This document shows positions 1-9,125 of a DNA stretch of 30,275 nucleotides, piece after piece; positions within the stretch are counted from its first letter, which is position 1, and the number at the start of each line of letters is the position of its first letter. Source of the DNA: a virus (taxonomy: Duplodnaviria; Caudoviricetes); IMG/VR virus record IMGVR_UViG_3300020045_007984, positions 1-30,275 of that record; one strand, written 5' to 3'. Below the pieces are notes generated by a model that searched no databases, had not been told where the DNA came from, and was given only the letters and a program-made list of their open reading frames with translations. Position numbers and translations under genes: made by a program.

Positions 1-1
1 T

Positions 2-169
2 TATTTTTGGGCCGTTAAAGAAGCAAAGCTAATTGAGATTAGTTGCGTAACTGAAGGCTCAAACGAACTTACAGGAATGATAAACCCGTCTAAGGACAGT
101 TTAAATATAGACCCGCCTGCGAGCAGTCAAAAAACAATTAACTCAATTTATTCACATTTCCTAAAATAA
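2..169 (+). CDS. Prohead (capsid maturation) protease, C-terminal fragment, 5'-truncated
   Basis: Hand translation from base 2 gives YFWAVKEAKLIEISCVTEGSNELTG...HFLK* (TAA 167-169). The L-x-E-x-S-x-V...SN pattern fits HK97-type proteases and the gene lies directly before the capsid. Confidence 0.75.
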   Translation, partial: YFWAVKEAKLIEISCVTEGSNELTGMINPSKDSLNIDPPASSQKTINSIYSHFLK

Positions 170-176
170 AAAAGAA

Positions 177-1487
177 ATGACACAAGAAGAAATCGCAGCG
201 GAAAAAGCTGAGGCATTGAAAGCGGTAAAAGAAACTGCAGAAAAAGCCGCAACAGAAAAAATGCCAGAATTAATCAAACAAGGATTAAGCTCTGAGGAAG
301 TAAAAAAACAATTAGGCGAAATTGTAAGTGAAGCATTCAAATCATTCAAAGTGAAAGATATTGATGGTGCTGAGAAAGCAATGGAAGAAATTGTTAAAGC
401 ACAACAGAAACAACATGACGATTTAGCGTTAATTGTTAAAGAGTTTCAAAAAGGTGGTGTTGGTCAAGAAAAAGGTTCTTTGTTTGAGTTCGTAGAAAAA
501 AACATCAAAGAAACTGGTTTAAAATCTTCTACCGATAAAGGTAGCGCAAAATATAACGAGACGTTAGCATTCAAGGCTCCTGCTTTAATGACTACCGCAA
601 ACGTTGTGCCTAACGTTGCTGGCGGTTTCTCTCCGTTATTCGGTAATTATATCGACAATGAGATTGGTCACACGCCAAAACCTGCACCAATTTTTATGCG
701 ATTGGTAACTGTTAAATATCAGCCTGGAACTGAGAACATCTATTTCACTGATCGTATCAATGAAGAAGGTACTGCCCAATTTATTGCAGAAGGTGCTTTA
801 AAACCATTGATCGACGCTGAATATAAAACAACTTCTTTGCAGACTAAAGAGCTTGCAGAACGTTGGAAAATGACAACTCGTTTGATGTATCATGCTCCTG
901 CAGTAGTTTCTGATTTCAGAGAGCATGCAAACGAATTAATTGAGCAAGTGTTGGATACTGCTATTTTAACTGGAGACAACACAGGAAATAACTTAAACGG
1001 TATCGTTGCTCAGGCTTCTGCGTTTGTTGTTCCTGCTCAATTGGCTGCTTATTATGCAGATGCTAACATTTGGGATGTTGTTATGGCAATGGCTACCGCT
1101 ATCCGTTTAGCAAATTACACTGGAAAAATTACTGCTGTTCTGAACACTGTTTGGATGGCACAAATGGCAGGTATCAAAGATGCTGAAGGACGTTATGTAA
1201 TTGCTCCATTTGTTGCGCCTAACGGAAAAATGATTGGCGATGTTGAAATTGAGTTTACTAACAAAATTCCAGCAACATCAATCTTGATCGGTGATTTGAA
1301 GAAATACAACTTGGTTATTTCAGAAGATGCGATTTATAACGAAGGTTATGAAAACGATGATTTCTCTAAAAACTTGGTTTCTAAAAAAATCGAGACATTT
1401 GCTCAGGGTTACATCAAATTATCAGATAGAGGATCTATCCTTTACGATACAATCGCAGATGTTTTAACTGACATCTCAGCAGTTTAA
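177..1487 (+). CDS. Major capsid protein, HK97 fold, with N-terminal coiled-coil delta/scaffold region
   Basis: 436 aa with a charged helical N-terminus. Motifs AQFIAEGALKP, ILTGDNTGNNLNGI, IKDAEGRY, ILIGDLKKY and DDFSKNLV are typical of HK97-family capsids. Confidence 0.93.
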   Translation: MTQEEIAAEKAEALKAVKETAEKAATEKMPELIKQGLSSEEVKKQLGEIVSEAFKSFKVKDIDGAEKAMEEIVKAQQKQHDDLALIVKEFQKGGVGQEKGSLFEFVEKNIKETGLKSSTDKGSAKYNETLAFKAPALMTTANVVPNVAGGFSPLFGNYIDNEIGHTPKPAPIFMRLVTVKYQPGTENIYFTDRINEEGTAQFIAEGALKPLIDAEYKTTSLQTKELAERWKMTTRLMYHAPAVVSDFREHANELIEQVLDTAILTGDNTGNNLNGIVAQASAFVVPAQLAAYYADANIWDVVMAMATAIRLANYTGKITAVLNTVWMAQMAGIKDAEGRYVIAPFVAPNGKMIGDVEIEFTNKIPATSILIGDLKKYNLVISEDAIYNEGYENDDFSKNLVSKKIETFAQGYIKLSDRGSILYDTIADVLTDISAV

Positions 1488-1493
1488 AAATAT

Positions 1494-1518
1494 AGCCCCT
1501 TTAATCGGGGGCTTTTTT
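1494..1518 (+). terminator. Intrinsic terminator after the capsid gene
   Basis: AGCCCCT-TTAATC-GGGGGCT stem-loop followed by a T-tract. Confidence 0.85.
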
Positions 1519-1541
1519 ATTCATAATTAACAAATTTTAAA

Positions 1542-1763
1542 ATGGCAGAAGAACCAAAAGTTAAGGCATTCGATTCAAAGAAGATGATTGCCGAACACGC
1601 TGAAAAAGGAACGATAATCGATTACGCCGAAAGGTTAACGGTTGAAATCCTAGAAGATACCCGATATTACAAGAAAGGCGATATTATCAGCCCTCACAAA
1701 ATAAAAGGTCAGGCTTTGATCGATCAAAAGCTCGCTAAAAAGTATTCTAAAAAAGATAACTAA
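1542..1763 (+). CDS. Small hypothetical head-region protein
   Basis: 73-aa ORF between capsid and connector. The YKKGDII...LIDQKLAK pattern resembles small proteins commonly found after capsid genes. Confidence 0.7.
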   Translation: MAEEPKVKAFDSKKMIAEHAEKGTIIDYAERLTVEILEDTRYYKKGDIISPHKIKGQALIDQKLAKKYSKKDN

Positions 1764-1783
1764 CCATTAGGTTAAAATAACAT

Positions 1784-1817
1784 AAAGCCTAGCTATTAAT
1801 TTAGTTAGGTTTTTTTA
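1784..1817 (+). terminator. Probable intrinsic terminator
   Basis: AAGCCTAGCTA-TTAATT-TAGTTAGGTT stem with G:U pairs, followed by a T-tract. Confidence 0.6.
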
Positions 1818-1830
1818 TTACATTTACACT

Positions 1831-2424
1831 ATGCAATATCAGTTAATAGACGAAGCCGAAGTAACGGAGCCTGTATCATTAGCAGAGGTCAAGGCCTATT
1901 GCCGTATTGATGCAGATTACACGAGCGAAGATACGGACTTAGAAATAACAATGTCAGCGGCCAGGATTAGGCTGGAGCAATACTTAAACATTGGTTTCGC
2001 TAATCGTGATGTGACATTGCAATGGACTGGAGGATTAATTGATTTGCCTTTAAGTCCTAATGGAGATGTAGTAACTTTGACGGATAAAGATGATGTTGCA
2101 GTTCCTACCGATAAGTACACAGTAAGCGCTTACCAGGCTAAGAAAATATTTATCAATGATGTTGCTGGTGGTAATTATAACTATTTCTACAGTAGTATTT
2201 ACGAAACAGTAGAAATTTCTGGTGGTTCGCATTGCGCAGATATTACAGATATTTACACCCTAGTTTACAACACTGGTTACGAAGATTTGCCTAAAGCATT
2301 AAAACAGGCTTTGCTTGCCGAGATAGATTATTTGTATAAGTTAAGAGGTATGCCAGTTTCAGATGTAGTAAGTCCTAACGCTGCGTTATTGGCAAACGGA
2401 TATTCACGTAATCTAGTTTTATGA
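1831..2424 (+). CDS. Head-tail connector/adaptor (HK97 gp6-like)
   Basis: N-terminal EPVSLAEVKAYCRID and C-terminal Y-x-TGY...LPKALKQALL...YLYKLRG are gp6-family hallmarks. Confidence 0.88.
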   Translation: MQYQLIDEAEVTEPVSLAEVKAYCRIDADYTSEDTDLEITMSAARIRLEQYLNIGFANRDVTLQWTGGLIDLPLSPNGDVVTLTDKDDVAVPTDKYTVSAYQAKKIFINDVAGGNYNYFYSSIYETVEISGGSHCADITDIYTLVYNTGYEDLPKALKQALLAEIDYLYKLRGMPVSDVVSPNAALLANGYSRNLVL

Positions 2425-2760
2425 AACAGGCCAGCGGTTTTCTAAACCAGAAGATTGAGATTTATAAATTTGCCGATATAGACGATGGCGCTGGTGGATC
2501 TATTCCAAAGAGTTTTATATTGGGCAACTTCCGCAAATGTTAGATCGTTAAAGGCTGGAAGGAATTTAGAAGCAAACCAAGAACGGTTGAAATCTGTATT
2601 TGATTTTGAGGTTAGATATAGGGATGATAAATTCGTTATTGCAGATATGCAAATCGAATGGCGTGGGCAGGTTTTTACCATCAACCAAGCTGAACCGGAT
2701 TACGTTTATAAAGAGAAATTAATCATTAGGGCAATAGCAAACGATCCACCATCACAATGA
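2421..2760 (+). CDS. Head-closure (SPP1 gp16-like) protein, split by an apparent +1 frameshift near 2500-2512
   Basis: ATG 2421 overlaps the connector stop and reads MKQASGFLNQKIEIYKFADIDDGAGGSIP..., stopping at 2541-2543. The +1 frame (ORF 2485-2760) continues VLYWATSANVRSL...FEVRYRDD...IEWRGQVFTI, the rest of a head-closure protein. Confidence 0.8.
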
Positions 2761-3254
2761 GTAAGGTAACGGGATTAGATCAGGCAATATCAAAACTTCT
2801 AGACGCTTCAAAAGAGTTTCAGCAAGAGGTAAAAGAAATTGTTGAGTTTAGGACTGGAGAAATCGAAACAAAAGCGATTGCAGATGCGCCTGCTGGTGGG
2901 GATAGGATAAATACTACCAATGGAAGTATATTGTTATCTAGTGTTGGTAAAAAAGGATTTACGCCAATAAACCAAGCGATAGGTTACGTTATTTCTTCAG
3001 ATGGATATAAAGGCTCTGTGTTTGTCGAAAAATCAGCAGGAGAGGTTGCCGCTTATGTTGAGTTTTCAACTGGACAGGATGCGGCTTCATATCTTGCAAC
3101 TGTTGAACCCGAATGGAGGGAACAGGCGAAGAAATTTTACGTTAATGGTAAGGGTACTATAATTGGCAAACCTTATCTTTACCCTAATTATTTAAAACAA
3201 AGAACAGAGTTCCTTAAGGACTTGACGAAATTAGTAAAAGGTTTCAAGATATGA
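2757..3254 (+). CDS. HK97 gp10-like neck/tail component
   Basis: N-terminal KVTGLDQAISKL, AAYVEFSTG (YVEFGT-like) and C-terminal KPYLYP; expected gene position. Confidence 0.82.
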   Translation: MSKVTGLDQAISKLLDASKEFQQEVKEIVEFRTGEIETKAIADAPAGGDRINTTNGSILLSSVGKKGFTPINQAIGYVISSDGYKGSVFVEKSAGEVAAYVEFSTGQDAASYLATVEPEWREQAKKFYVNGKGTIIGKPYLYPNYLKQRTEFLKDLTKLVKGFKI

Positions 3255-3727
3255 AAGATCCAGATTTAGCAATACGAACAGCATTAGTTAGCGCGCTAGA
3301 TGGGATTATCTATTTAACCAAAACTATAGCTGTATTTGAAGAAGATTTACAGGAAACCTCAACACGAAAGAAAGCCATTCTAACAATAGGCAATCAGCAG
3401 GTAGAGGCTTATATTCTGTTAACCAATCAAACGTCAAATGATACATCGGCCAAGTGTTTAAGGGCAGATCAAGTTTCTATTCAAATTCAAATAACAACGG
3501 TATGGCCGGCAAATAAAGGAGGCTCTAAAGTAGCTGAAGAAATAGGCGAATTGGTAACTGGTAAGTTATTCACTACTGATGGGCTATTCACCACACTCGA
3601 AACTGCTTTACCAATAAATGTTTGGATGGGCGAGTTAGCTGAAAGAAGAAATATTAAATACGATACAACAAGTTCTAAAGTATGGATCAAAAACCTGTTT
3701 CTGATATTCCAGACTACGCAGTACTAG
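3251..3727 (+). CDS. Tail terminator/completion protein
   Basis: 158 aa, located after the gp10-like gene and before the tail tube. MKDPDLAIRTALVSAL start and YILL...SIQIQITT strand pattern. Confidence 0.7.
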   Translation: MKDPDLAIRTALVSALDGIIYLTKTIAVFEEDLQETSTRKKAILTIGNQQVEAYILLTNQTSNDTSAKCLRADQVSIQIQITTVWPANKGGSKVAEEIGELVTGKLFTTDGLFTTLETALPINVWMGELAERRNIKYDTTSSKVWIKNLFLIFQTTQY

Positions 3728-3805
3728 CAGAACAGCTATTCCCATTTCCTGCCCGTTGCTGCTCTTGGAACAGAAAGCGAATATTATGGAAGCGTGAACA
3801 ATGGA

Positions 3806-3925
3806 TTACTTCCGAAATTTCCAAGTTGCAACCAGCCAAAAAAGAAATAAGCAAAGGATAGCGAATATTGCAATGCCTGTAATAACTGTAAATGGTTGTC
3901 GGCTTAGTGATTGGGTTAGTGTCAT
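3806..3925 (-). CDS. Small single-pass membrane protein (39 aa, not in ORF track)
   Basis: MTLTQSLSRQPFTVITGIAIFAILCLFLFWLVATWKFRK*. Its ATG overlaps the TGA of 3922-4224 (ATGA). Confidence 0.6.
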   Translation of the reverse strand: MTLTQSLSRQPFTVITGIAIFAILCLFLFWLVATWKFRK

Positions 3926-4224
3926 AATAAATATTCTTTAATTGGTTTTTCGTTTAATATTGCTTGTGTTTTTCTCCATGAAGCAATCTTTTCTTTAGCT
4001 TCTTCTAAATTTCTAGCATTATCTCTAAATTTCCAAACATTAATCCGCTTATGATTTAAAAAATTTAAACCTATTGAACACCAAAAGCATAAACAGGAAA
4101 TTGTTCTTAAAGTTCGTATTTCAAACCTCGAAGAATACTCCACTATTTTATATTGTGTAGTATCGCTATTGAATTGAAAAGGAATATCTTCTTCTTTGAT
4201 AGGTATAATATTGTCTTTTGCCAT
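3922..4224 (-). CDS. Hypothetical protein, antisense insertion
   Basis: 100-aa ORF tightly coupled to its neighbours, with no competing + strand ORF. Confidence 0.65.
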   Translation of the reverse strand: MAKDNIIPIKEEDIPFQFNSDTTQYKIVEYSSRFEIRTLRTISCLCFWCSIGLNFLNHKRINVWKFRDNARNLEEAKEKIASWRKTQAILNEKPIKEYLL

Positions 4225-4227
4225 GCT

Positions 4228-4431
4228 TTAATCTTTAAATATTGTAATATCATTTGAATTATAAACTATATTGTTATCCGAGAAGATAAATATTACCGGA
4301 ATAAGCAAAATAGTTTTACTAGTTTTGAATGCAACCGTATCAACCATTACATTCTTAATCTTAATCTTACCAGTTACCTTTTTTCTGTCTCCGTAATAAC
4401 AGAAGCGCTTGCCTATCAGGTCAGTCATCAT
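4228..4431 (-). CDS. Hypothetical protein, antisense insertion
   Basis: 67-aa ORF with ATGA overlap to the upstream ORF. Confidence 0.6.
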   Translation of the reverse strand: MMTDLIGKRFCYYGDRKKVTGKIKIKNVMVDTVAFKTSKTILLIPVIFIFSDNNIVYNSNDITIFKD

Positions 4432-4625
4432 AAATCAGTTGGGTTAACGTGTTCGATTGATTTAATTTCGCTAACAGATATAATTGACCAATCATCAATA
4501 CCGCTATGTATTTTTACATTAATTACTTTTTCAAATTCCAAAAACATACAATATAAAAATCTACAATTTTGCTTTAACCCATGTTGGTAAAATGTTGTAG
4601 GTTCATTAAAAGTTAATTTTAACAT
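4428..4625 (-). CDS. Hypothetical protein, antisense insertion (likely start MLKLTFNEP at 4625)
   Basis: The track ORF is 4428-4664, but its start lies inside a hairpin. ATG 4625 has an A-rich leader typical of Bacteroidota. Confidence 0.55.
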   Translation of the reverse strand: MLKLTFNEPTTFYQHGLKQNCRFLYCMFLEFEKVINVKIHSGIDDWSIISVSEIKSIEHVNPTDL

Positions 4626-4649
4626 TTTTCTTTTCTCTTTAAATAAATA

Positions 4650-4680
4650 AGGCCGCTCAACCATCCGATTGAAACGGCCT
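4650..4680 (-). terminator. GC-rich hairpin upstream of the antisense cassette
   Basis: On the - strand: AGGCCGTTTCAA-TCGGATGG-TTGAGCGGCCT followed by TATTTATTT. Confidence 0.5.
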
Positions 4681-4725
4681 CTCTAAATTAACGCTCTCAT
4701 ACAATTATACACCAATAAAATATAT

Positions 4726-4757
4726 TTTGCTATATCGTAGTATAATTGTTACATTTG
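4726..4757 (+). promoter_or_regulatory. Bacteroidota primary-sigma promoter for the tail genes
   Basis: TTTG (4726-4729), 20-nt spacer, TACATTTG (4750-4757): a full match to the -33/-7 consensus, 24 nt upstream of the tail tube ATG. Confidence 0.75.
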
Positions 4758-4781
4758 GTTAAATAATTTAATCCAATAGAA

Positions 4782-5264
4782 ATGAAATTAAACGGCAGAG
4801 AGTGGTTATTGTATTATGACGATACTACACCTTTAACGACAGCCATAAATGCTGTAACTACCGCTAACGCAAAATTAGTGGGTTGTTTAACAAGTAATGG
4901 TTTTGAATACAATAACGAGACTATCGATGTGACAACCAAGTGTTCAGGTAATTTTGGCGAGTTCTTGCCAGGAGCATCAAACTCTACAATGTCGGGCGAA
5001 GGCTTGTTTGATTTTGGAGCTAACATGGCGCCAGAATTGAGTAACAACGAATTGTTCGCTTTAGCTAAAAGTCGTGAAACTGGCTGGTGGTTTTTGATCA
5101 GCGATACTGAAGCAGCTTCGGTTCCTGTTATTTGTCGTTACGCACAAGGTTTCATTACTTCTTATTCTGAAACTGGTGGTGATCAAGAAGGCGTTGGTTT
5201 TTCTTTATCAGTACAGTGTGTTGGTGAGGTAGGTGATCAAACGACTTTAGACACAACGCCATAA
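4782..5264 (+). CDS. Major tail (tube) protein
   Basis: VGCLTSNGF...ETIDVTTKCSG...EFLPG...MSGEG and GFITSYSET...FSLSVQCVGE match TP901-1/lambda-type tail tubes. Confidence 0.9.
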   Translation: MKLNGREWLLYYDDTTPLTTAINAVTTANAKLVGCLTSNGFEYNNETIDVTTKCSGNFGEFLPGASNSTMSGEGLFDFGANMAPELSNNELFALAKSRETGWWFLISDTEAASVPVICRYAQGFITSYSETGGDQEGVGFSLSVQCVGEVGDQTTLDTTP

Positions 5265-5265
5265 T

Positions 5266-5661
5266 ATGAGTAACCGAATTACATTTACTTTAGGAGAAAC
5301 CGAACATAATTTATTGTTCGGAATGACCTCTGCAGAAATATACCAAAGACTTGCGGTAAAGTTGGCAATTGAATTTGGAGAAAAAGAAAAAGAAGCCGAG
5401 CCGTTTACGGTTGAAAATTCTGTTGCATTCAATAACATTGTTTATGCAGGGCTTTGCAATTACGCGGATAGGATGGTTGTAAAAAGACCGACATTCCAAG
5501 AGGCATATGATATTTCTGAAGAAATAATGTATGATGATGATTTGCAGAATAAAGTTTACCAATGTTTTACGGATAGCCAGCCTATCAAAAAGATGATGGA
5601 AAAGGTTACTGGTATTTCATCGGAAACAAAAAAAAAGAAGAAACCGACTGGGACGAAGTAA
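5266..5661 (+). CDS. Tail assembly chaperone (gpG-like)
   Basis: Lies between tail tube and tape measure and ends in a Lys run encoded by an A9G slippery tract. Confidence 0.85.
   Translation: MSNRITFTLGETEHNLLFGMTSAEIYQRLAVKLAIEFGEKEKEAEPFTVENSVAFNNIVYAGLCNYADRMVVKRPTFQEAYDISEEIMYDDDLQNKVYQCFTDSQPIKKMMEKVTGISSETKKKKKPTGTK
5628..5637 (+). other. Programmed -1 ribosomal frameshift site (A AAA AAG)
   Basis: In-frame A AAA AAG at 5631-5637. The -1 frame is open as KEETDWDEVKAFAFGELRISLTEWQMLSPRDY... up to 5975. Confidence 0.85.
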
Positions 5662-5975
5662 AAGCATTCGCATTCGGTGAACTAAGGATTTCTTTGACCG
5701 AATGGCAAATGTTAAGTCCTAGAGATTATGTAAATACCTGCGTGGGCTATCAAAGCCAATTAAAACGTGAGGAATTTTACCAAAGGGAACTTAATTATAA
5801 TGTCGTAAGGGGGTGGGCAAACCCAAAAGATTTACCGAGCAAGTATAGCTTTTGGCCTATAAAGGGTGAGACTATTCCTAAAGCGAATACTTTAACCAAA
5901 ACAGATATTAACCGTTTAGACGGTCTATTTAGATCATTAAGCAAGAAAGATGGCCAATCCACAACTAACGGTTGA
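5637..5975 (+). CDS. gpT portion of the G-T chaperone fusion
   Basis: ORF 5694-5975 is in the -1 frame relative to gpG and is open back to the slippery site. The G-x-L-x-I-x-x-x-E-W-x-x-L-S-P-R motif is typical of gpT regions. Confidence 0.82.
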   Translation, partial: EETDWDEVKAFAFGELRISLTEWQMLSPRDYVNTCVGYQSQLKREEFYQRELNYNVVRGWANPKDLPSKYSFWPIKGETIPKANTLTKTDINRLDGLFRSLSKKDGQSTTNG

Positions 5976-7971
5976 AATAAGCGCAAAGATTGACGGATTA
6001 CGTGACGCTTTCAATAAAGCCGTTAAGGAGATCAAAGGTCTTGATGCGAATACAAAAAAATCTTTATCATCCATTGATAACGGCTTTGAAAGATTAGCAA
6101 ACGATATTGATAAGTCAATGTCTAAAGCCGCTGCTTCGACAAGTAAAGCCAGCAGCACGATAACTAAAAACCTAGCAACGGCAGCCAATGCAACGGCAAA
6201 AGCTGGGCAGGGCATATCCGTAGGAAGCAATCAAGCTGCTAATTCACTTCAAAATTTAGGAAGGGTTGCCCAAGATGCTCCATTTGGTTTTATTGGCATT
6301 CAAAATAACTTAAACCCATTATTAGAAAGTTTCCAAAGGTTAAGAGCAGAAAGCGGTTCGAATAGCGCAGCTTTTAAAGCATTGGGGCAATCATTAATTG
6401 GTCCTGCTGGATTAGGCCTTGCGCTTAGTTTAGTTAGTTCTGGCGTGTTATTATACCAGCAATACCAACAACGAGCTAATAAGACTGCCGAGAATGCCAA
6501 AAAGGTCACAGAGGATTATATCGCAACTCTTGAAACTTTAAGGGGCGTTAATTTAAGGGGTACAGAAAATGCCCAAAAAGAACTAACCGATTTAAGATTG
6601 CTGTATAATGCTTACCAAAATGCAAACCTACCTTTAACAGCAAGAAAAGAAGCGTATTCTGAATTACAAAAACAATACCCTAGTTATTTTGGGAATATAG
6701 CATTTGAGAAAGAAGCTACAAACAAAACAACTACGGCATACAATGAGCTATCTAACGCTATCATTGCAACCGCTAGAGCTCGTGCTGCTTCAGACAAGAT
6801 AACCAAAAATGAAACTCGTAAACTAGAGAATGAACAAAAGCAGATTGATCTACAGAAGGAGCAAATAAAATTAAGGGCGCAACAAGCAAAGATTGCTAAT
6901 GCTGCTGTAGAACAGATTTCGACATCAACAAGAGAGGGAACTGGTTTAGCTGCTGCAACAAGAAGTAATAGTATTCAAGGCAAGATAAACGAAACTATTA
7001 AGGCGACTAATGCTTTAAAAACCGACACCAATTTACTAGATGCCGAAAACGCAAGATTAGTTGGATATGTAAATGAGCAATTAGCAAAAGGGGCTAAAAT
7101 AATAGGAGGCTTCGGAGGCGGTGGCGCAGTAGCCAAAACAAAAGATATTTTCAAGGAAGGAGTTTCAAAGTTATTAATTGCTGATCCAACGATTAGAATA
7201 GGAGTTGATTTAGATACAAGTGCTTTAAAAGTAAAATTCAAGGAATTAGCGCCTATAGTTGATGAAAGTTTAGCACAGCTTAGATACCAGTTTGATGTTA
7301 CCGATGATCAGATTAAAAGTTTCATTGAAAATACAGGAACTAACGCAGCTAATTACTTAAAGGTTCTGCAAGATTATAACAACGGATTAAGCCAATCAAT
7401 AAGTTCAGGAGCAGTTTCTACGCTTGCTGGATTAGGCTCTGCTATTGGCGAAGCATTTGCTAATGGCGCCAATGTAGTTCAAGCGGCAGCGGGTAGTATA
7501 TTGGGTTCAATTGGATCAATTCTTGTAAAATTTGGCGAGCTCACTTTGGCTGCAGGAGTTGCTGCCACTGCATTAGGGAAGGCACTATCTCAGCCACTAA
7601 ATCCAGCTAGTGCTGCTTTAGCTATTGGCGCTGGTGTTGCTCTAATAGCCATCGGATCTGCTGTAGGGGCATTTAGTAAAAATTTAGGGAGCGGTAGTGG
7701 TGGTTCTGGTGGCAGTTCGGTAAAACCTATTAGGGGATTTGCTACTGGTGGACAAAATATTTCTGGTGGTTTAGCTGTTGTTGGCGAGCATGGTAGGGAA
7801 ATTATAAACGTGCCAAACGGTAGCGATATTTTGCCAACACCACAAACACAACGAATTTTAGGAGGCAATAACGGCGGCAATGTAAACATCATTCCAGAAA
7901 TAGGTTTTAGCATGGATCAATTTGTTATCAAATTTAGACAAGCTGAAAGAAGATTGGGGAGGTCTAACTAA
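5950..7971 (+). CDS. Tape measure protein
   Basis: 673 aa, Ala/Gly-rich and helical, with L-x-V-x-I-x-A N-terminus, VAQDAPFGFIGIQNNL, and C-terminal FATGG...AVVGEHGREII. Confidence 0.92.
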   Translation: MANPQLTVEISAKIDGLRDAFNKAVKEIKGLDANTKKSLSSIDNGFERLANDIDKSMSKAAASTSKASSTITKNLATAANATAKAGQGISVGSNQAANSLQNLGRVAQDAPFGFIGIQNNLNPLLESFQRLRAESGSNSAAFKALGQSLIGPAGLGLALSLVSSGVLLYQQYQQRANKTAENAKKVTEDYIATLETLRGVNLRGTENAQKELTDLRLLYNAYQNANLPLTARKEAYSELQKQYPSYFGNIAFEKEATNKTTTAYNELSNAIIATARARAASDKITKNETRKLENEQKQIDLQKEQIKLRAQQAKIANAAVEQISTSTREGTGLAAATRSNSIQGKINETIKATNALKTDTNLLDAENARLVGYVNEQLAKGAKIIGGFGGGGAVAKTKDIFKEGVSKLLIADPTIRIGVDLDTSALKVKFKELAPIVDESLAQLRYQFDVTDDQIKSFIENTGTNAANYLKVLQDYNNGLSQSISSGAVSTLAGLGSAIGEAFANGANVVQAAAGSILGSIGSILVKFGELTLAAGVAATALGKALSQPLNPASAALAIGAGVALIAIGSAVGAFSKNLGSGSGGSGGSSVKPIRGFATGGQNISGGLAVVGEHGREIINVPNGSDILPTPQTQRILGGNNGGNVNIIPEIGFSMDQFVIKFRQAERRLGRSN

Positions 7972-9125
7972 TGGCCGCTACAGTAATAGATGAATTTTGG
8001 GTTAAGCCAGAAGGTATATTTGCTTCAAGGCGATATATTAGGGTATTGGTTGATGAAAACGGTATAATATCCAATCAGAACGTACCTGGCAAAGAAATAA
8101 TAAACGAAGATAGGATAAGCGATTATAAGTCTAATGGTAGACAGTACGGAGTTGGTAATCAAATGACACAGTTCTGCAACTTCATTACCCACGCTAGATA
8201 CACGGTCATAGCGCAGGATGAAAGACCATTTGCGTACGTTGTTGATGAATTGAATGTTCCTGCTTGCGGATTTGAAGAACCATTACCAGAGCCGAACGTT
8301 CCGTTTAATCCTTTTGGAAATTTGGTTTATAATCCTTACAAGTTCTTTGATTACTGCGATTGGGATGGTGCGCCAATATCGGTTGTAATTGAAAAGAAAG
8401 ACTATACAGGTGATCCGATTAAAATACTTGCGGCCGATGGTGTACCAATTAAAATAATCCGTTCTGAAGTAGAAGATATAACCGTTCCCATTAGGGCAAC
8501 ACAAGTTGAGTTTGGTATAATGAATGCCGAAAACTTCGCTACTGAAGAATTTTATACAGAAGATGAGCGCACTTTTAGGATTACGGTAACTAAGGATGGT
8601 AATATCGAATTTAGAGGCTATATCATTCCAGATAATTGCCAAGAAGAATTTGTAAATCCAAACTATATTAGTAAGATTAGATGTTCTGACGGATTAGGAG
8701 GTTTGAAAACAGTTACTTATCCGGTGCAAAGAGGGCAAAAGTTTGATTATAAACAATCGTTTATTGGTGTGCTTTGCTATTGCTTATCGGCGGCAAACCT
8801 AAATCTAGATATTGCAACGGTCGTGAATATATATTCTGAAAATATGCCAACAGGTTTAGATGATGATCCTTTAGATATGACAATGGTAAGTCCTTTACGT
8901 TTAGCTACCGATAAGGGAGAGATAATGAGTTGCTATGAAGTGTTATTGGAAGTTTGCAAATCATGGGGTGCGTTCATAGTTCAAGACGGAGGCAAATGGT
9001 GCATTGTAAGGACAAAAGAATTAGCGGTTGACAGTATTAGGCAAAGGCTTTATAATTACACAGGATTAAGGATTAATGCAAGCGTAATCACAAGACAAAG
9101 AGTTATAGGAGGTGCAATACGATGA
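7971..9125 (+). CDS. Tail tip/baseplate structural protein
   Basis: Directly after the tape measure. FRGYIIPD...IRCSDGLGGLK and CYEVLLEVCKSWGAFIVQDGGKWCIV resemble Bacteroidota siphophage tail-hub proteins. Confidence 0.7.
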   Translation: MAATVIDEFWVKPEGIFASRRYIRVLVDENGIISNQNVPGKEIINEDRISDYKSNGRQYGVGNQMTQFCNFITHARYTVIAQDERPFAYVVDELNVPACGFEEPLPEPNVPFNPFGNLVYNPYKFFDYCDWDGAPISVVIEKKDYTGDPIKILAADGVPIKIIRSEVEDITVPIRATQVEFGIMNAENFATEEFYTEDERTFRITVTKDGNIEFRGYIIPDNCQEEFVNPNYISKIRCSDGLGGLKTVTYPVQRGQKFDYKQSFIGVLCYCLSAANLNLDIATVVNIYSENMPTGLDDDPLDMTMVSPLRLATDKGEIMSCYEVLLEVCKSWGAFIVQDGGKWCIVRTKELAVDSIRQRLYNYTGLRINASVITRQRVIGGAIR

